Shown: positions 37,837-48,290 of the stretch, one piece after another
How positions within the stretch are numbered: the first letter of the stretch is position 1
Layout: each line of letters starts with the position of its first letter
Assembly: GCA_004554665.1 (NCBI GenBank)
Contig: SFKY01000004.1
Span: 1,081-65,080 of the forward strand
Direction: 5' to 3'
Source: Bacteroidales bacterium
Lineage (GTDB): Bacteria; Bacteroidota; Bacteroidia; Bacteroidales; Bacteroidaceae
DNA: 64,000 nucleotides
The notes under the pieces: generated by a model
Told to the model about the DNA's origin: nothing
Seen by the model: the letters and a program-made list of their open reading frames with translations, nothing else
Databases searched by the model: none
Position numbers and translations under genes: made by a program

Positions 37837-39885
37837 ATGAAAGTAACAAAGCATATATTGGGTATCGTCGTACTTGGTGCGATGACCCTTACCCAGACCG
37901 GCTGTCAGAGCGATGCAGACTTCTTGGAGGAGCACTCGTACAAGTTTGACGATCAGGGTATGTTCAATTCGGAGAACGAGATTGAGATGGCCATCAACTC
38001 TTGCTACAATAAGGTGAACTATCTGGTGCTGGGTCAGACCCACGGATACCACTCTTACATGCTCACGGGTGTGGGTCTCGACACGTATTGCGAGAACAAC
38101 TCCAACGACTGCTGGTCCAACTGGACCAAGCTCAACTCGGCCAACGGCTACAGCCGCCACTGGTACAATGAGACCTACTATCTGGTGAACTATGCCAATA
38201 CGGCTATTGATGCCATCATGAACAAGGACATCAAATACACCACCGCCACCAAGAAGAATGAGTTGCTGGGCGAGGCCCGCTTCTTCCGTGGATGGGCCTA
38301 TAGAATACTTGCCGGTATGTTTGGTAACGTGCCTATCCTCGAGACGGCCACCAAGACCATCGAGATGGGTTACCAGCCCAACACCCGTCAGGAGGTTTGG
38401 GAGTTCTGCTACGAAGACTTCAAGTTCGCAGCCGAGAACATGGCCACCACAGAGCGTGCCCAGGGTTGTGTGACACGTGCCGCCGCCGACCACATGTTGG
38501 CAGAGATCTGCTTGGCACTCGGCAAGTTTGACGAGGCCATTGCAGCCGCTTCGCGCGTCATCAACAAGCAAGACGGCGACTATCAGATCATGACCACTCG
38601 CTTCGGTCTCGAGGCTGGACAGGCCACCGACCGTTATGGCCACTCGCTGGCTGCCGACAAGGGCGGTGCTTACTGGGATCTCTTCCGCGTGCCCGGCACT
38701 GGCTCCGGCAACACCAACCAGGACTATGGTGTGACTGGCAACAAGGAGGCTATCTGGACCAGCCAGTTCTCTGTAGGCAACTATGCGGTAGGTGGTAGCG
38801 GCGATGCCTGGTGGCGTATGCGCAACAACACGATGGAGGGCGACTTCATGAGCAACAAGGTGCGTGCCGCCACCAACACCCGCAAGCTGGGCAACGCCAC
38901 CATCTATCTCTGGGGCGACGACGCAGCTTGCTATCCCGAGGGCATACAGGGCGGCTCGAGCACCAAGGGCGCATCTGAAACTGCCTCCAACCGCTACGTA
39001 GCCAATAATACCCGCGACTCTATCGGTGGCGGTTATGCCTACGGTAGCTGCCGCAACTATCCTTGCCGCTACGTCTTTGACCCGCAGGAGCCCGGTTACA
39101 TCTGGGCCAAGGCCACAGACCCCGCACAGCCCGGCAGAGAGGATATCCGCGGCTCTGAGACCATGATGCAGCGCAACTGGTACACGCCGTCTGGCAAGCC
39201 TTGGCCTGAGATCTACAAGGCCGCCAAGGCACGCGAGGCTGCTGCCAAGGGTACTGCCAATGAGGATGTCTACAAGCTCTCTGGTGGTGACACCATCGAT
39301 ATCTTCCCACGTTTCTGGAAGTTCGCCCAAGCCAAGCATCCCAATGGCGATGCCAAGGAGTGCGAGTATGAACCTTACATGATCCGTGTGGCCGAGACCT
39401 ATCTGCTCCGTGCCGAGGCTTATCTGGCCAAGGGCGATACACAGAAGGCTGCCGACGATATCAACGTGGTACGTGCCCGTGCCAACGCACCTCTCTGTTC
39501 GGCTTCTGAGGTGGACATCGACTACATCCTCGACGAGCGTACCCGCGAGCTCTTCGGCGAGGAGCACCGTTGCATCACCCTCAACCGTCTGTCTTGCAAC
39601 CCCAACTGCGGTACCTATGTCACCTCTAAGTATCCCACACAGAATGAGAACCAGAGCAATACGCTTTACGAGCGTGTACGCAAGTATGGTGTAAGCTTCG
39701 TGAACGAGACCGAGAGCAGCAATGCCGACAAGGGTCGTGTGAAGGTGGAATATACCAAGAACGATGGTACCAAGGGCATCCGCTACGTGTCGAATATCAA
39801 GCCCTACAACTATCAGCAACCGATTCCGGACGACGTTATCAAGTCTAACAGTGGTGCTGAATATCCACAGAACTATGGTTATTGA
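37837..39885 (+). CDS. RagB/SusD family lipoprotein
   Basis: Lipobox TQTGC; GEARFFRGWAY, IRVAETYLLRAEA, ILDERTRELFGE. Confidence 0.92.
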   Translation: MKVTKHILGIVVLGAMTLTQTGCQSDADFLEEHSYKFDDQGMFNSENEIEMAINSCYNKVNYLVLGQTHGYHSYMLTGVGLDTYCENNSNDCWSNWTKLNSANGYSRHWYNETYYLVNYANTAIDAIMNKDIKYTTATKKNELLGEARFFRGWAYRILAGMFGNVPILETATKTIEMGYQPNTRQEVWEFCYEDFKFAAENMATTERAQGCVTRAAADHMLAEICLALGKFDEAIAAASRVINKQDGDYQIMTTRFGLEAGQATDRYGHSLAADKGGAYWDLFRVPGTGSGNTNQDYGVTGNKEAIWTSQFSVGNYAVGGSGDAWWRMRNNTMEGDFMSNKVRAATNTRKLGNATIYLWGDDAACYPEGIQGGSSTKGASETASNRYVANNTRDSIGGGYAYGSCRNYPCRYVFDPQEPGYIWAKATDPAQPGREDIRGSETMMQRNWYTPSGKPWPEIYKAAKAREAAAKGTANEDVYKLSGGDTIDIFPRFWKFAQAKHPNGDAKECEYEPYMIRVAETYLLRAEAYLAKGDTQKAADDINVVRARANAPLCSASEVDIDYILDERTRELFGEEHRCITLNRLSCNPNCGTYVTSKYPTQNENQSNTLYERVRKYGVSFVNETESSNADKGRVKVEYTKNDGTKGIRYVSNIKPYNYQQPIPDDVIKSNSGAEYPQNYGY

Positions 39886-39923
39886 TAGCAGATATAGTTA
39901 AGTCAGTAATTTCTCAAATACTG

Positions 39924-39955
39924 GGGAGTGGCGAAGGGTCGCCACTCCCTTTTTT
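39924..39955 (+). terminator. Intrinsic terminator of susC2-susD2
   Basis: GGGAGTGGCGA-AGGG-TCGCCACTCCC followed by TTTTTT. Confidence 0.85.
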
Positions 39956-39994
39956 CGTCAGTGGAGCGATGGGCGCTGTGTCACTTGCCGCACC

Positions 39995-40052
39995 TAAATG
40001 CCACCTTTGGCGCGCCAAAGGTGGCATTTAGGTGGGCTAAACGTGGCCTTTA
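39995..40052. repeat. REP-like family A, locus 3
   Basis: Units at 39995, 40016, 40038. Confidence 0.75.
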
Positions 40053-40207
40053 GGTTTTCCCAGGGTGGCCTGTCCGCAGCGTGAAGTGCCCTATGGGAGG
40101 ATGTAGGGTAAACTTTCTGACCATAAATTTCATTATTTGCAAAGTAATCCGTAATTTTGCAACCAGTTCATACCGCTTGGTTTATGCGCTAATACATTAT
40201 TATATAT

Positions 40208-41437
40208 ATGGTACTCAACTATATTTGGGTGGCGTTTTTTATCATCGCCTTCGGCATCGCTCTTGTCAGGCTGTTGGTTATGGGAGACACAGAGGTGTTT
40301 CCGGCCATGATGAGCGCCACATTCGATTCGTCCAAGACCGCCTTTGAGATCTCCTTAGGACTTACAGGTGTGCTCTCGCTCTGGCTCGGCATCATGAAGA
40401 TAGGCGAAAAGGGTGGGGTGATTGCGGTCGTGGCCAAGGTGCTGTCGCCCGTCTTTGCCAAACTCTTTCCCGATATTCCCAAAGGGCATCCCGTTACGGG
40501 TTCCATCTTTATGAATATCGCGGCCAATATGCTGGGGCTCGACAATGCTGCCACGCCGCTCGGCCTGAAGGCGATGGAGCAGTTGCAGCAGTTGAATCCC
40601 AAGAAAGATTCGGCCTCCAACCCCATAATCATGTTTCTGGTGCTCAATACCTCCGGCCTCACCCTCATCCCCGTCTCCATCATGGTGTATCGGGCGCAGA
40701 TGGGGGCTGCACAGCCCACAGACATCTTCATCCCCATCCTGTTGGCCACCTTCTTCTCCACGCTGGCAGGCATCATCATCACCTCCTTGTATCAGCGTAT
40801 CAGTCTGCTCAACCGCGTCATGCTGCTTACGCTGGGCGGCATGCTGGCTGTGGTGGCGCTCATCATCTGGGGATTCGGTCAGCTGGACAAGGACCAGATG
40901 AATGTGGTGAGCACCTCGGTGGCCAATATCCTGCTGATGACCATCATCGTGGGTTTCATCGTGGCCGGCTTGCGTAAGCGTATCAATGTGTACGACACCT
41001 TTGTCGAGGGTGCCAAGGACGGATTTGCCACGGCCGTGCGCATCATCCCTTATTTGGTAGCCATTCTGGTAGGCATCGGTGTCTTCCGTGCGTCTGGCGC
41101 GATGGATATGCTCATCGACGGGATCGCATGGGGCGTGCGTGTCTGTGGCGGTGACAGCGATTTTGTGGCAGCCCTGCCCACGGCGTTGATGAAACCTCTC
41201 TCGGGCTCGGGTGCCCGTGGCATGATGGTAGATGCCATGAGCACGTATGGAGCTGACTCGTTTGTGGGCCGGTTGAGTTGTATCTTCCAGGGTTCCACCG
41301 ACACCACCTTCTATATTTTGGCCGTTTACTTCGGCAGTGTGGGCATCCGCCGCACCCGTCATGCCGTCAGCTGTGGCCTCTTGGCCGATCTGGCAGGTGT
41401 CATAGCGGCCATCTTCATAGCCTACCTATTCTTTTAA
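40208..41437 (+). CDS. SpmA/SpmB fusion (nucleoside-recognition Gate domain) membrane protein
   Basis: ANMLGLDNAATPLGLKAM, KPLSGSGARG, GSTDTTFYILAVYFGSVG. Confidence 0.88.
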   Translation: MVLNYIWVAFFIIAFGIALVRLLVMGDTEVFPAMMSATFDSSKTAFEISLGLTGVLSLWLGIMKIGEKGGVIAVVAKVLSPVFAKLFPDIPKGHPVTGSIFMNIAANMLGLDNAATPLGLKAMEQLQQLNPKKDSASNPIIMFLVLNTSGLTLIPVSIMVYRAQMGAAQPTDIFIPILLATFFSTLAGIIITSLYQRISLLNRVMLLTLGGMLAVVALIIWGFGQLDKDQMNVVSTSVANILLMTIIVGFIVAGLRKRINVYDTFVEGAKDGFATAVRIIPYLVAILVGIGVFRASGAMDMLIDGIAWGVRVCGGDSDFVAALPTALMKPLSGSGARGMMVDAMSTYGADSFVGRLSCIFQGSTDTTFYILAVYFGSVGIRRTRHAVSCGLLADLAGVIAAIFIAYLFF

Positions 41438-41449
41438 AGGTAAAAATTT

Positions 41450-42943
41450 ATGGCAAATTTAAAGTCTTTAGTCAAGGATACGGCCATCTACGGAATCAGT
41501 AGCATAGCCGGACGGTTTATCAATTATCTGTTGGTACCCATTCAGACGGCAGCCTTTGTGGCCGGCGGAGGCGAGTACGGCGTAGTGACCAATATCTATG
41601 CCTATACGGCGCTGCTGATGGTGCTCCTCACCTACGGCATGGAGACCACCTTTTTCAGGTATGTCAACAAGAGTGAGGAGGATGCCCCCACTGTGTACAG
41701 CACCACGCTGCTCTCTGTGGCCGGAACCTCGTTGCTGTTTGTGGGCGTGGTCCTGGCCTTTCTGCCACAGATAGCCTCGTTGATGAAATACCCCGACCAT
41801 CCCGAGTGGGTGGCTGTGATGTTTGTCTGTGTGGCCATCGACGCCTTCAAGTGCATCCCTTTTGCCTACCTGCGGTATCAGCGGCGGCCCATCAAGTTTG
41901 CCACGCTGCAGTTGGTCAATATCCTGCTCAACATCACGCTTAATCTCCTCTACCTCATCGTGCTGCCAGCCTTGCGGCTCAATCCCTTTGGCCTGTACGA
42001 TGACCACTTCACGCTCGATGTGGGCATGGTCTTCTACATCAATTTGGTGTGCACGGCAGTGGTGCTGCTCTGTTTCAAGCGCGAGCTCACGGGCTTCCGC
42101 TATCGTTTCGACACCGCCCTTTGGCGGCGCATGCTGCGCTACGCCTGGCCGCTACTGCTCCTCGGCATTGCGGGCATTCTGAACCAGACGCTGGACAAGA
42201 TCATCTTCCCCTACCTGTATGCCGGCAGCGATGCCAAGGCCCAGTTGGGTATCTACGGGGCAGCTACCAAGATAGCCATGATTATGGCCATGATAACCCA
42301 AGCCTTCCGCTACGCCTACGAACCGTTTGTCTTCGGCAAGGCCAAGGACCGTGACAACCGCGAGACCTATGCCTTGGCCATGAAATACTTTGTCATCTTC
42401 ACGCTCCTGGCCTTCCTCGTAGTGATGGGCTACATGGACGTGCTGCGCTATGTCATCCGTGACCAGAGCTATTGGCCCGGTCTGCGGGTGGTGCCCATCG
42501 TCATGGCGGCCGAGATCATGATGGGTGTGTACTTCAACCTGTCGTTCTGGTACAAGCTCATCGACAAGACCATCTACGGGGCATGGTTCTCGGGCATCGG
42601 TTGCGTGGTGCTCGTCATGGTCAATGTGGTCTTCGTGCCCCGCTACAGCTACATGGCCTGCGCGTGGGGCGGTGTGGCGGGCTATGGCACGGCCATGCTG
42701 CTGTCTTATCTGGTGGGTCAGCGCAAGTACCGCATCGACTACCCAGTCAAGGACATGCTCTGCTATGTGCTCATAGCCGCCCTCTTCTGTGCCGGCATGA
42801 TGGTGGCCAACGAGTGGCTGCCCATGTGGCCCGCTTTGGGTGTCAATACGGTGCTCATCCTGCTCTTTGTGGGGCATATCCTGTACCACGACTTCCCCCT
42901 GCACCGGCTTCCCGTGATTGGAAAATACTTCAGAAACAAATAA
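41450..42943 (+). CDS. Oligosaccharide flippase / polysaccharide biosynthesis (MOP superfamily) protein
   Basis: KDTAIYG, LTYGMETTFFR, QAFRYAYEPF; multi-TM. Confidence 0.82.
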   Translation: MANLKSLVKDTAIYGISSIAGRFINYLLVPIQTAAFVAGGGEYGVVTNIYAYTALLMVLLTYGMETTFFRYVNKSEEDAPTVYSTTLLSVAGTSLLFVGVVLAFLPQIASLMKYPDHPEWVAVMFVCVAIDAFKCIPFAYLRYQRRPIKFATLQLVNILLNITLNLLYLIVLPALRLNPFGLYDDHFTLDVGMVFYINLVCTAVVLLCFKRELTGFRYRFDTALWRRMLRYAWPLLLLGIAGILNQTLDKIIFPYLYAGSDAKAQLGIYGAATKIAMIMAMITQAFRYAYEPFVFGKAKDRDNRETYALAMKYFVIFTLLAFLVVMGYMDVLRYVIRDQSYWPGLRVVPIVMAAEIMMGVYFNLSFWYKLIDKTIYGAWFSGIGCVVLVMVNVVFVPRYSYMACAWGGVAGYGTAMLLSYLVGQRKYRIDYPVKDMLCYVLIAALFCAGMMVANEWLPMWPALGVNTVLILLFVGHILYHDFPLHRLPVIGKYFRNK

Positions 42944-42955
42944 AACAGATACACA

Positions 42956-45070
42956 ATGAGAAAGAAAATGATGTGGCTGCTCGCCGCCATGATGACCGCT
43001 CAGGTGGCGGTGGCCGACGAGGGCATGTGGACACTTTACAATCTGCCGAAAGCTGTCTACCAAACCATGCAGGCAGAGGGTTTCAGGCTCCCCTACGAGG
43101 CGCTTTACAGCGATGCTGGTGCCATCAAGAATGCGGTGGTCAACTTCTCGGGCTACTGTTCGGGTGTGGTGGTGTCGCCAGACGGTCTGGTCTTTACCAA
43201 CCACCATTGCGGATTCGAGGCCATCAGGTCTCATTCTACTGTGGAGCACGACTATATGCTCAACGGATTCTATGCCAAGACCTATGAGGAAGAGTTGCCC
43301 AACGAGGGCATGTTTGTCTCGTTCATGATTGACCAGCGCGATGTGACTCCCGAACTGATGAGCCTGGGTTTCGCCGCCATGAACAATGAGCGCAAGGGCG
43401 AGGTCATCGACTCACTGCAGACGGTCTACACCCGCGAGGCAAGGCGCCGCGACTCTACGCTGCATGTCAATATCGATGCCTTCTACGAGGGCAACAAGTA
43501 TTATGCCACCACTTACCAGGACTTCAGGGACCTGCGACTGGTGTTTACCGTACCCAAGTCGATGGGTAAGTTTGGCGGAGAGACCGACAACTGGATGTGG
43601 CCGCGCCAGACCTGCGACTTCTCGGTGTTCCGTATCTATGCCGATCCCAAGACAGGAGGCCCTGCTGCCTACTCCAAGGACAATGTGCCCTACCATCCCA
43701 AGCACTGGGCACCCGTGTCGCTGCAAGGTTACAAGGAGGGAGACTTTGCCATGACGATGGGATACCCCGGCTCCACCAACCGCTACCTCTCGTCTTACGG
43801 CATCAGGGAGCGTCGCGACGCGCAGAACGAGCCCCGTGCACAGGTACGTGGCGTGAAGCAGGAGGTGATGACGCGCCACATGCGGGCCGATGAGGCCGTG
43901 CGTATCAAGTACGACTCTAAGTTTGCACAGAGTGCCAACTACTGGAAAAACTCCATCGGCATGAACAAGTGTATCGACAGTATCGGACTGATTCAGCAGA
44001 AGCGCGAGTTTGAGCAGCGTATTCGACAGTGGCAGGACGAGACAGGCTACCTGAAGGGCAAACTGGATTTTGACAAGATGGAACAACTGTACAACAAGCG
44101 CTTCGAGGCCATGAAGAACCTGATGTACAGCCGCGAGAGCTTCTACAGGACCAACGAACTGGCCGACCGGGCCATCCGTCTGAACCGTATCGAGGTCAAG
44201 GGCCCTAAGGACAAGCCCAAGAAGCAGTATGTGGAGTTTGAGGACAACAGCGACACATGGGACGCAGCCCTCGACAAAGAGGTCCTGGCCGTGCTCATGC
44301 GCAACTATCGCCAGCAGGTGGATGCCCGGTACTTGCCCAAGTTTTACGAAACGGTGGACAAAGACTTTGGCGGTGACTATGCACGCTACGTGGACTATCT
44401 CTATGAGAAATCGATGCTGATGAAACCCGGTGCCAAGCTCTATATCAAGAGCAAGGCCTACGCCAAGGACCCCGGCGTGCAGTTTGGTCTCGACCTGCTC
44501 GAACTCGACGGAATGCTGCGCGTCACCCTGCAGGAGACGATGGACAGCATCGATGAGCAGGAACGCTGGCTCTGCGATGCCAAGCTCCGTATGGAGGAAG
44601 GCCTGCCCCACTACTCTGATGCCAATTTCACCATGCGTCTGAGCTACGGACAGGTGGGCGGTTTCGAACTGGGTGGCAGTCCGTCGGGCTATTACACCGA
44701 GGCAAGCAGCATTGTCGATAAGATGAAGCGTGCCGACAGTATCGTAGACTACTTTGCCGAGCCCGTCATGCACCAGTTGCTGTCGGCCAACGACTTCGGC
44801 AAGTATCAGGATGCCGTGACCGGTAAGATGCACCTATGCTTCCTCACCAATAACGACATCACGGGCGGCAACTCAGGCTCGCCCATGTTCGACGGAGAGG
44901 GCCGGCTGATAGGTCTGGCTTTCGATGGCAACTGGGACAGTCTCTCAAGCGATATCAATTTTGACAGCCGTCTGGCCCGTTGCATCGGTGTGGACATTCG
45001 CTATGTGCTCTTCATGATGGACAAGTGGGGTCATGCCGACCGCCTGTTGCAGGAGATAGGCGCCAAATAA
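42956..45070 (+). CDS. S46 family dipeptidyl peptidase, DPP7-type
   Basis: DEGMW N-terminus, TNHHC, DNWMWPR, catalytic TGGNSGSP; AFDGNW has Gly at the S1 position (DPP11 has Arg/Ser). Confidence 0.9.
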   Translation: MRKKMMWLLAAMMTAQVAVADEGMWTLYNLPKAVYQTMQAEGFRLPYEALYSDAGAIKNAVVNFSGYCSGVVVSPDGLVFTNHHCGFEAIRSHSTVEHDYMLNGFYAKTYEEELPNEGMFVSFMIDQRDVTPELMSLGFAAMNNERKGEVIDSLQTVYTREARRRDSTLHVNIDAFYEGNKYYATTYQDFRDLRLVFTVPKSMGKFGGETDNWMWPRQTCDFSVFRIYADPKTGGPAAYSKDNVPYHPKHWAPVSLQGYKEGDFAMTMGYPGSTNRYLSSYGIRERRDAQNEPRAQVRGVKQEVMTRHMRADEAVRIKYDSKFAQSANYWKNSIGMNKCIDSIGLIQQKREFEQRIRQWQDETGYLKGKLDFDKMEQLYNKRFEAMKNLMYSRESFYRTNELADRAIRLNRIEVKGPKDKPKKQYVEFEDNSDTWDAALDKEVLAVLMRNYRQQVDARYLPKFYETVDKDFGGDYARYVDYLYEKSMLMKPGAKLYIKSKAYAKDPGVQFGLDLLELDGMLRVTLQETMDSIDEQERWLCDAKLRMEEGLPHYSDANFTMRLSYGQVGGFELGGSPSGYYTEASSIVDKMKRADSIVDYFAEPVMHQLLSANDFGKYQDAVTGKMHLCFLTNNDITGGNSGSPMFDGEGRLIGLAFDGNWDSLSSDINFDSRLARCIGVDIRYVLFMMDKWGHADRLLQEIGAK

Positions 45071-45087
45071 GTTGACTCCCCCTAAAG

Positions 45088-45128
45088 CAAATGTGGGAAG
45101 TAGTCCGCGCGACTGCTTCCCACATTTG
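45088..45128. terminator. Hairpin after the S46 peptidase
   Basis: CAAATGTGGGAAGTAGTC / GACTGCTTCCCACATTTG. Confidence 0.7.
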
Positions 45129-45544
45129 TGTTTGAGAGGAAACTGGCATCAGGCTGTGGAAAAAATCAGTGTGGTAGGAAAAGGAGTTGGGGTAAAAGGT
45201 GGGATAATAGATTTGTTTTTGTATCTTTGTGGCAGAAACCTAATAGGTGTCCTGTGAGGACGTTGTGGGTCGATAGGGCTCCTTACCGTATGATTGGGTT
45301 ACAAAAGTAGAGACAATAAAATAGGACTGTGTATGAAATCATCATGTTATGAGTGTCTGTGTGGCAAGCGAGGGTTCCTTCGCTGGATGTGCCTGTTGCT
45401 GTGGTGTACCTGTCGCAGCCAGAGCGGGACGTTCTGAGATAGAATTGGGTGCGTATGCACCAGCCAGTTTCATCCCGAGGTGATGCTTGGCCGTGCAGTA
45501 GAAAAAATTTAGGAAACTTGAATATGGTAGAAACAGTAATAAGC

Positions 45545-47431
45545 ATGAAGAAAATAGCGTTTTTTTTAGGTGTCTGGTTGCAGTCGTTGTGGCTTTGTGC
45601 CCAGACGGTATTGCCTTTGGCCAGTCCTTCGGCAACCTTGAAAGCCGACATCCGAGTTGAGAGCCGGGCTGTCGGGATGATTTTGTATGATGAGGGCGAC
45701 AAAGTGGTGGAGGCAAAGACCCTCCAGTTGGAGTTGGACAAGGAGATGCTGGTGGGAAACTGGCAGATAGCCGCTCAGACCACCACTTCGGTGGACCAGA
45801 CGTGGCAGCCTGTGTATGGCGAGCGGTCGTTGGTGAGAGATTGTTACAACGAACTCAATCTCCAACTGCGCGATGATGTGAACCAGAAGCAGATCCAGCT
45901 GCTTGTCCGTCTCTACGACGAGGGAATGGCTTTCCGTTATGTGTTTGACAAACTCGATTTCTGGAACCGCACCTTGCTCGGCGAACATACCCAGTTTCTC
46001 TTCGACCACGATTGCGACACATGGGTGACAGACAGGGCGCAGGATGCTTACACCAAGACCCGTCTGAGCGATCTCAATATTACGGCCGACCGGCCACAGG
46101 TGATACAGGTGGCTACCAACAGATTTGTGGCCATCGGCGAGGCCGCACTGGTAGACTATGCACGCATGAAACTGGGCAAGAGCAAGGCAGGTCTTGGAGT
46201 ACAGTCGGTGCTGTCGGGCAAGGTCAACCTGCACTTGGCCGGCTACCGGTCGCCTTGGCGCTATGTGATGGTGGCCAACCATCCCGGTCAGCTGGTCCAA
46301 AACAACGACTTGGTGCTGAATCTGAACGAGCCCAACCAAATCTCCAACACCGCATGGATCAAACCTGGCCGCGTGCTTCGTGAGGTTACGCTTACCACGG
46401 CGGGTGGTATAGCTTGCGTGGACTTTGCCGCAGCCAACGGTATCGAGTACGTAGAGTTTGATGCAGGCTGGTATGGTCCTGAAAACGATGAGGCCTCGGA
46501 TGCCACGACCGTCACCGTGGATCCTGCACGCTCCAAAGGGCCGCTCGATCTGCAGCATGTGATCGACTATGCCAACCGTCGAGGCGTGGGCATCATCCTC
46601 TATGTGAATATGAAGGCGCTGGCCCAACAGTTGGACGAACTGCTGCCGCTCTACCAAAAATGGGGCGTGAAAGGCCTAAAGTATGGTTTTGTGGACGTGG
46701 GCGACCAATATTCCACCGCATGGCTGCATCAGGCTGTGCGCAAGGCTGCCAAATACGAGCTGATGGTAGACATACACGACGAGTATCGCCCCACTGGCTA
46801 TTCGCGTACCTATCCTAACCTGATTACGCAAGAGGGCATCCGGGGCGACGAGGAGTCACCTGCGCTCACACAGAGCATCTACACGCTGTACAACCGCATG
46901 ATTTGCGGTGCAGGCGATAATACCAACTGCTATTTTGCCGAGCGTGTGAGCACCAAGATGGGTGGTCTGGCGGCCCAACTGGCCAAGCGCGTGGCCATCT
47001 ATAGTCCTTGGCAGTTTGTGTTCTGGTACGACAGACCCGAGAAGGCTCCCTCGCGTGCCGGAGGGGCCGGTTCCACCGAGTCGGTGATTAAGACCGATGC
47101 GCTGACAGCCTTCTATTGCTCCATTCCCACCGTCTGGGACGATACCCGTTTTTGCGAAGGCGACATGGATTCGTATGCCGTGGTGGCAAGGCGGTCGGGG
47201 TCAGACTGGTATGTGAGTGTGCTGAATGCAGGTGACAAGCGTCGGGTGACGGTGCCTGTGGCCGAATGGCTGCCTCAGGCAGTCCGCTACAAGGCCATGT
47301 GGTACCACCAGCCGGGCAACAAGAAGGATGAGGTGCGTGCCAAGGCGTTGCCCTGTGACGGCAAGTCCCCGATTACGCTCGAGGTGGCAGCCAACACTGG
47401 TTGTCTGTTGCACCTCACGCCCATAAAGTAG
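45545..47431 (+). CDS. GH97 glycoside hydrolase
   Basis: SPWR, WIKPG, VDFAA...EYVEFDAGWY, WGVKGLK, RTYPNLITQEGIRG, PTVWDDT; start chosen at MKKIAFF. Confidence 0.88.
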   Translation: MKKIAFFLGVWLQSLWLCAQTVLPLASPSATLKADIRVESRAVGMILYDEGDKVVEAKTLQLELDKEMLVGNWQIAAQTTTSVDQTWQPVYGERSLVRDCYNELNLQLRDDVNQKQIQLLVRLYDEGMAFRYVFDKLDFWNRTLLGEHTQFLFDHDCDTWVTDRAQDAYTKTRLSDLNITADRPQVIQVATNRFVAIGEAALVDYARMKLGKSKAGLGVQSVLSGKVNLHLAGYRSPWRYVMVANHPGQLVQNNDLVLNLNEPNQISNTAWIKPGRVLREVTLTTAGGIACVDFAAANGIEYVEFDAGWYGPENDEASDATTVTVDPARSKGPLDLQHVIDYANRRGVGIILYVNMKALAQQLDELLPLYQKWGVKGLKYGFVDVGDQYSTAWLHQAVRKAAKYELMVDIHDEYRPTGYSRTYPNLITQEGIRGDEESPALTQSIYTLYNRMICGAGDNTNCYFAERVSTKMGGLAAQLAKRVAIYSPWQFVFWYDRPEKAPSRAGGAGSTESVIKTDALTAFYCSIPTVWDDTRFCEGDMDSYAVVARRSGSDWYVSVLNAGDKRRVTVPVAEWLPQAVRYKAMWYHQPGNKKDEVRAKALPCDGKSPITLEVAANTGCLLHLTPIK

Positions 47432-47484
47432 CCTGTCCAATGAGCATAGGTGTCCAATGGGGTGGGATGTAAAGAATCTCTCAT

Positions 47485-47526
47485 GCAAATGGGGCTAATG
47501 CGGAAGTCTGCATTAGCCCCATTTGC
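47485..47526. terminator. Hairpin between convergent GH97 gene and ndk
   Basis: GCAAATGGGGCTAATGCGGA / TCTGCATTAGCCCCATTTGC. Confidence 0.75.
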
Positions 47527-47545
47527 GTAAAGTGATAGGCTGGAC

Positions 47546-48013
47546 CTAAAATTCGTCGTTGGCGTAGAGGTAGGGGAAGGTGCACTGGTCCCACTCGAAG
47601 ATTTCCTCGTCGCGGAAGAAGCGGCGGAGCTCTACGGCAGCTGTCTCGGGAGAGTCAGACGCATGTACGATATTCTCTTGGAAACTCATGCAGTACGAGC
47701 CGCGGATGGTGCCGGGGGCTGCGTTTCGTCCGTTGGTGGGGCCTGCGAGGGCGCGTACGGCGGCGATGGCGTCTACTCCGGCCAGGCAGAGCGCTACCAC
47801 GGGAGCTGTCATCATCGAGTCTTTGACGCGCTGGAAAAACGGTTTTTCGCTCAGGTGGGCGTAATGCTCGGAGAGGAGTTCATCGGTCAGCATCATCATC
47901 TTCATGCCGCAGATACGGAATCCTTTCTTTTCGAAGATACTGATGATTTCTCCGGCAAGTGCGCGCTGCATCGTGCAGGGCTTAAGCAGTACTAAAGTCT
48001 TTTCGATAGCCAT
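47546..48013 (-). CDS. ndk: Nucleoside-diphosphate kinase
   Basis: EKTLVLLKP, EHYAHLSEKPFF, PGTIRG, NIVHASDS. Confidence 0.95.
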   Translation of the reverse strand: MAIEKTLVLLKPCTMQRALAGEIISIFEKKGFRICGMKMMMLTDELLSEHYAHLSEKPFFQRVKDSMMTAPVVALCLAGVDAIAAVRALAGPTNGRNAAPGTIRGSYCMSFQENIVHASDSPETAAVELRRFFRDEEIFEWDQCTFPYLYANDEF

Positions 48014-48290
48014 TGTTATGTAAAAAATAGGTTAGGGTTAGTAAAAATATGGTTACTTGGTCTCTTTTGCAAATGTACACAATTCTTTGCAAATGAATGT
48101 TTTTTCCGCTTCTTTTTTTCGTCTTCCGGTCAAAAAAAGTAGGGGAAGCTGGTCGCCTTGGCCTGCTTTGGGGAAGGGTAGGAGGGTCAGGCGAATAAGA
48201 ACAGGGAGATGGGTGGAACCCTGTTGCCGTGCATAGATGCCCTGCAGCGGAGTCTCCACTCATCTCCCTGTTATCGTTTCGGGTGTGTGC

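Noticed and set aside
45449..45544. Upstream extensions given by the ORF track (GH97 from 45449; also GH95 from 16221, porin from 1877, sigma from 1916, hrpB from 57795, phosphatase from 63330)
   Set aside because: The extensions overlap promoter boxes or precede clear signal peptides or family-typical starts, so downstream starts were chosen.
47434..47468. Short TGTCCAATG duplication after the GH97 stop, and similar low-complexity spacers (11400-11435, 28340-28360)
   Set aside because: Two short copies at most; too weak to separate from ordinary intergenic low-complexity sequence.
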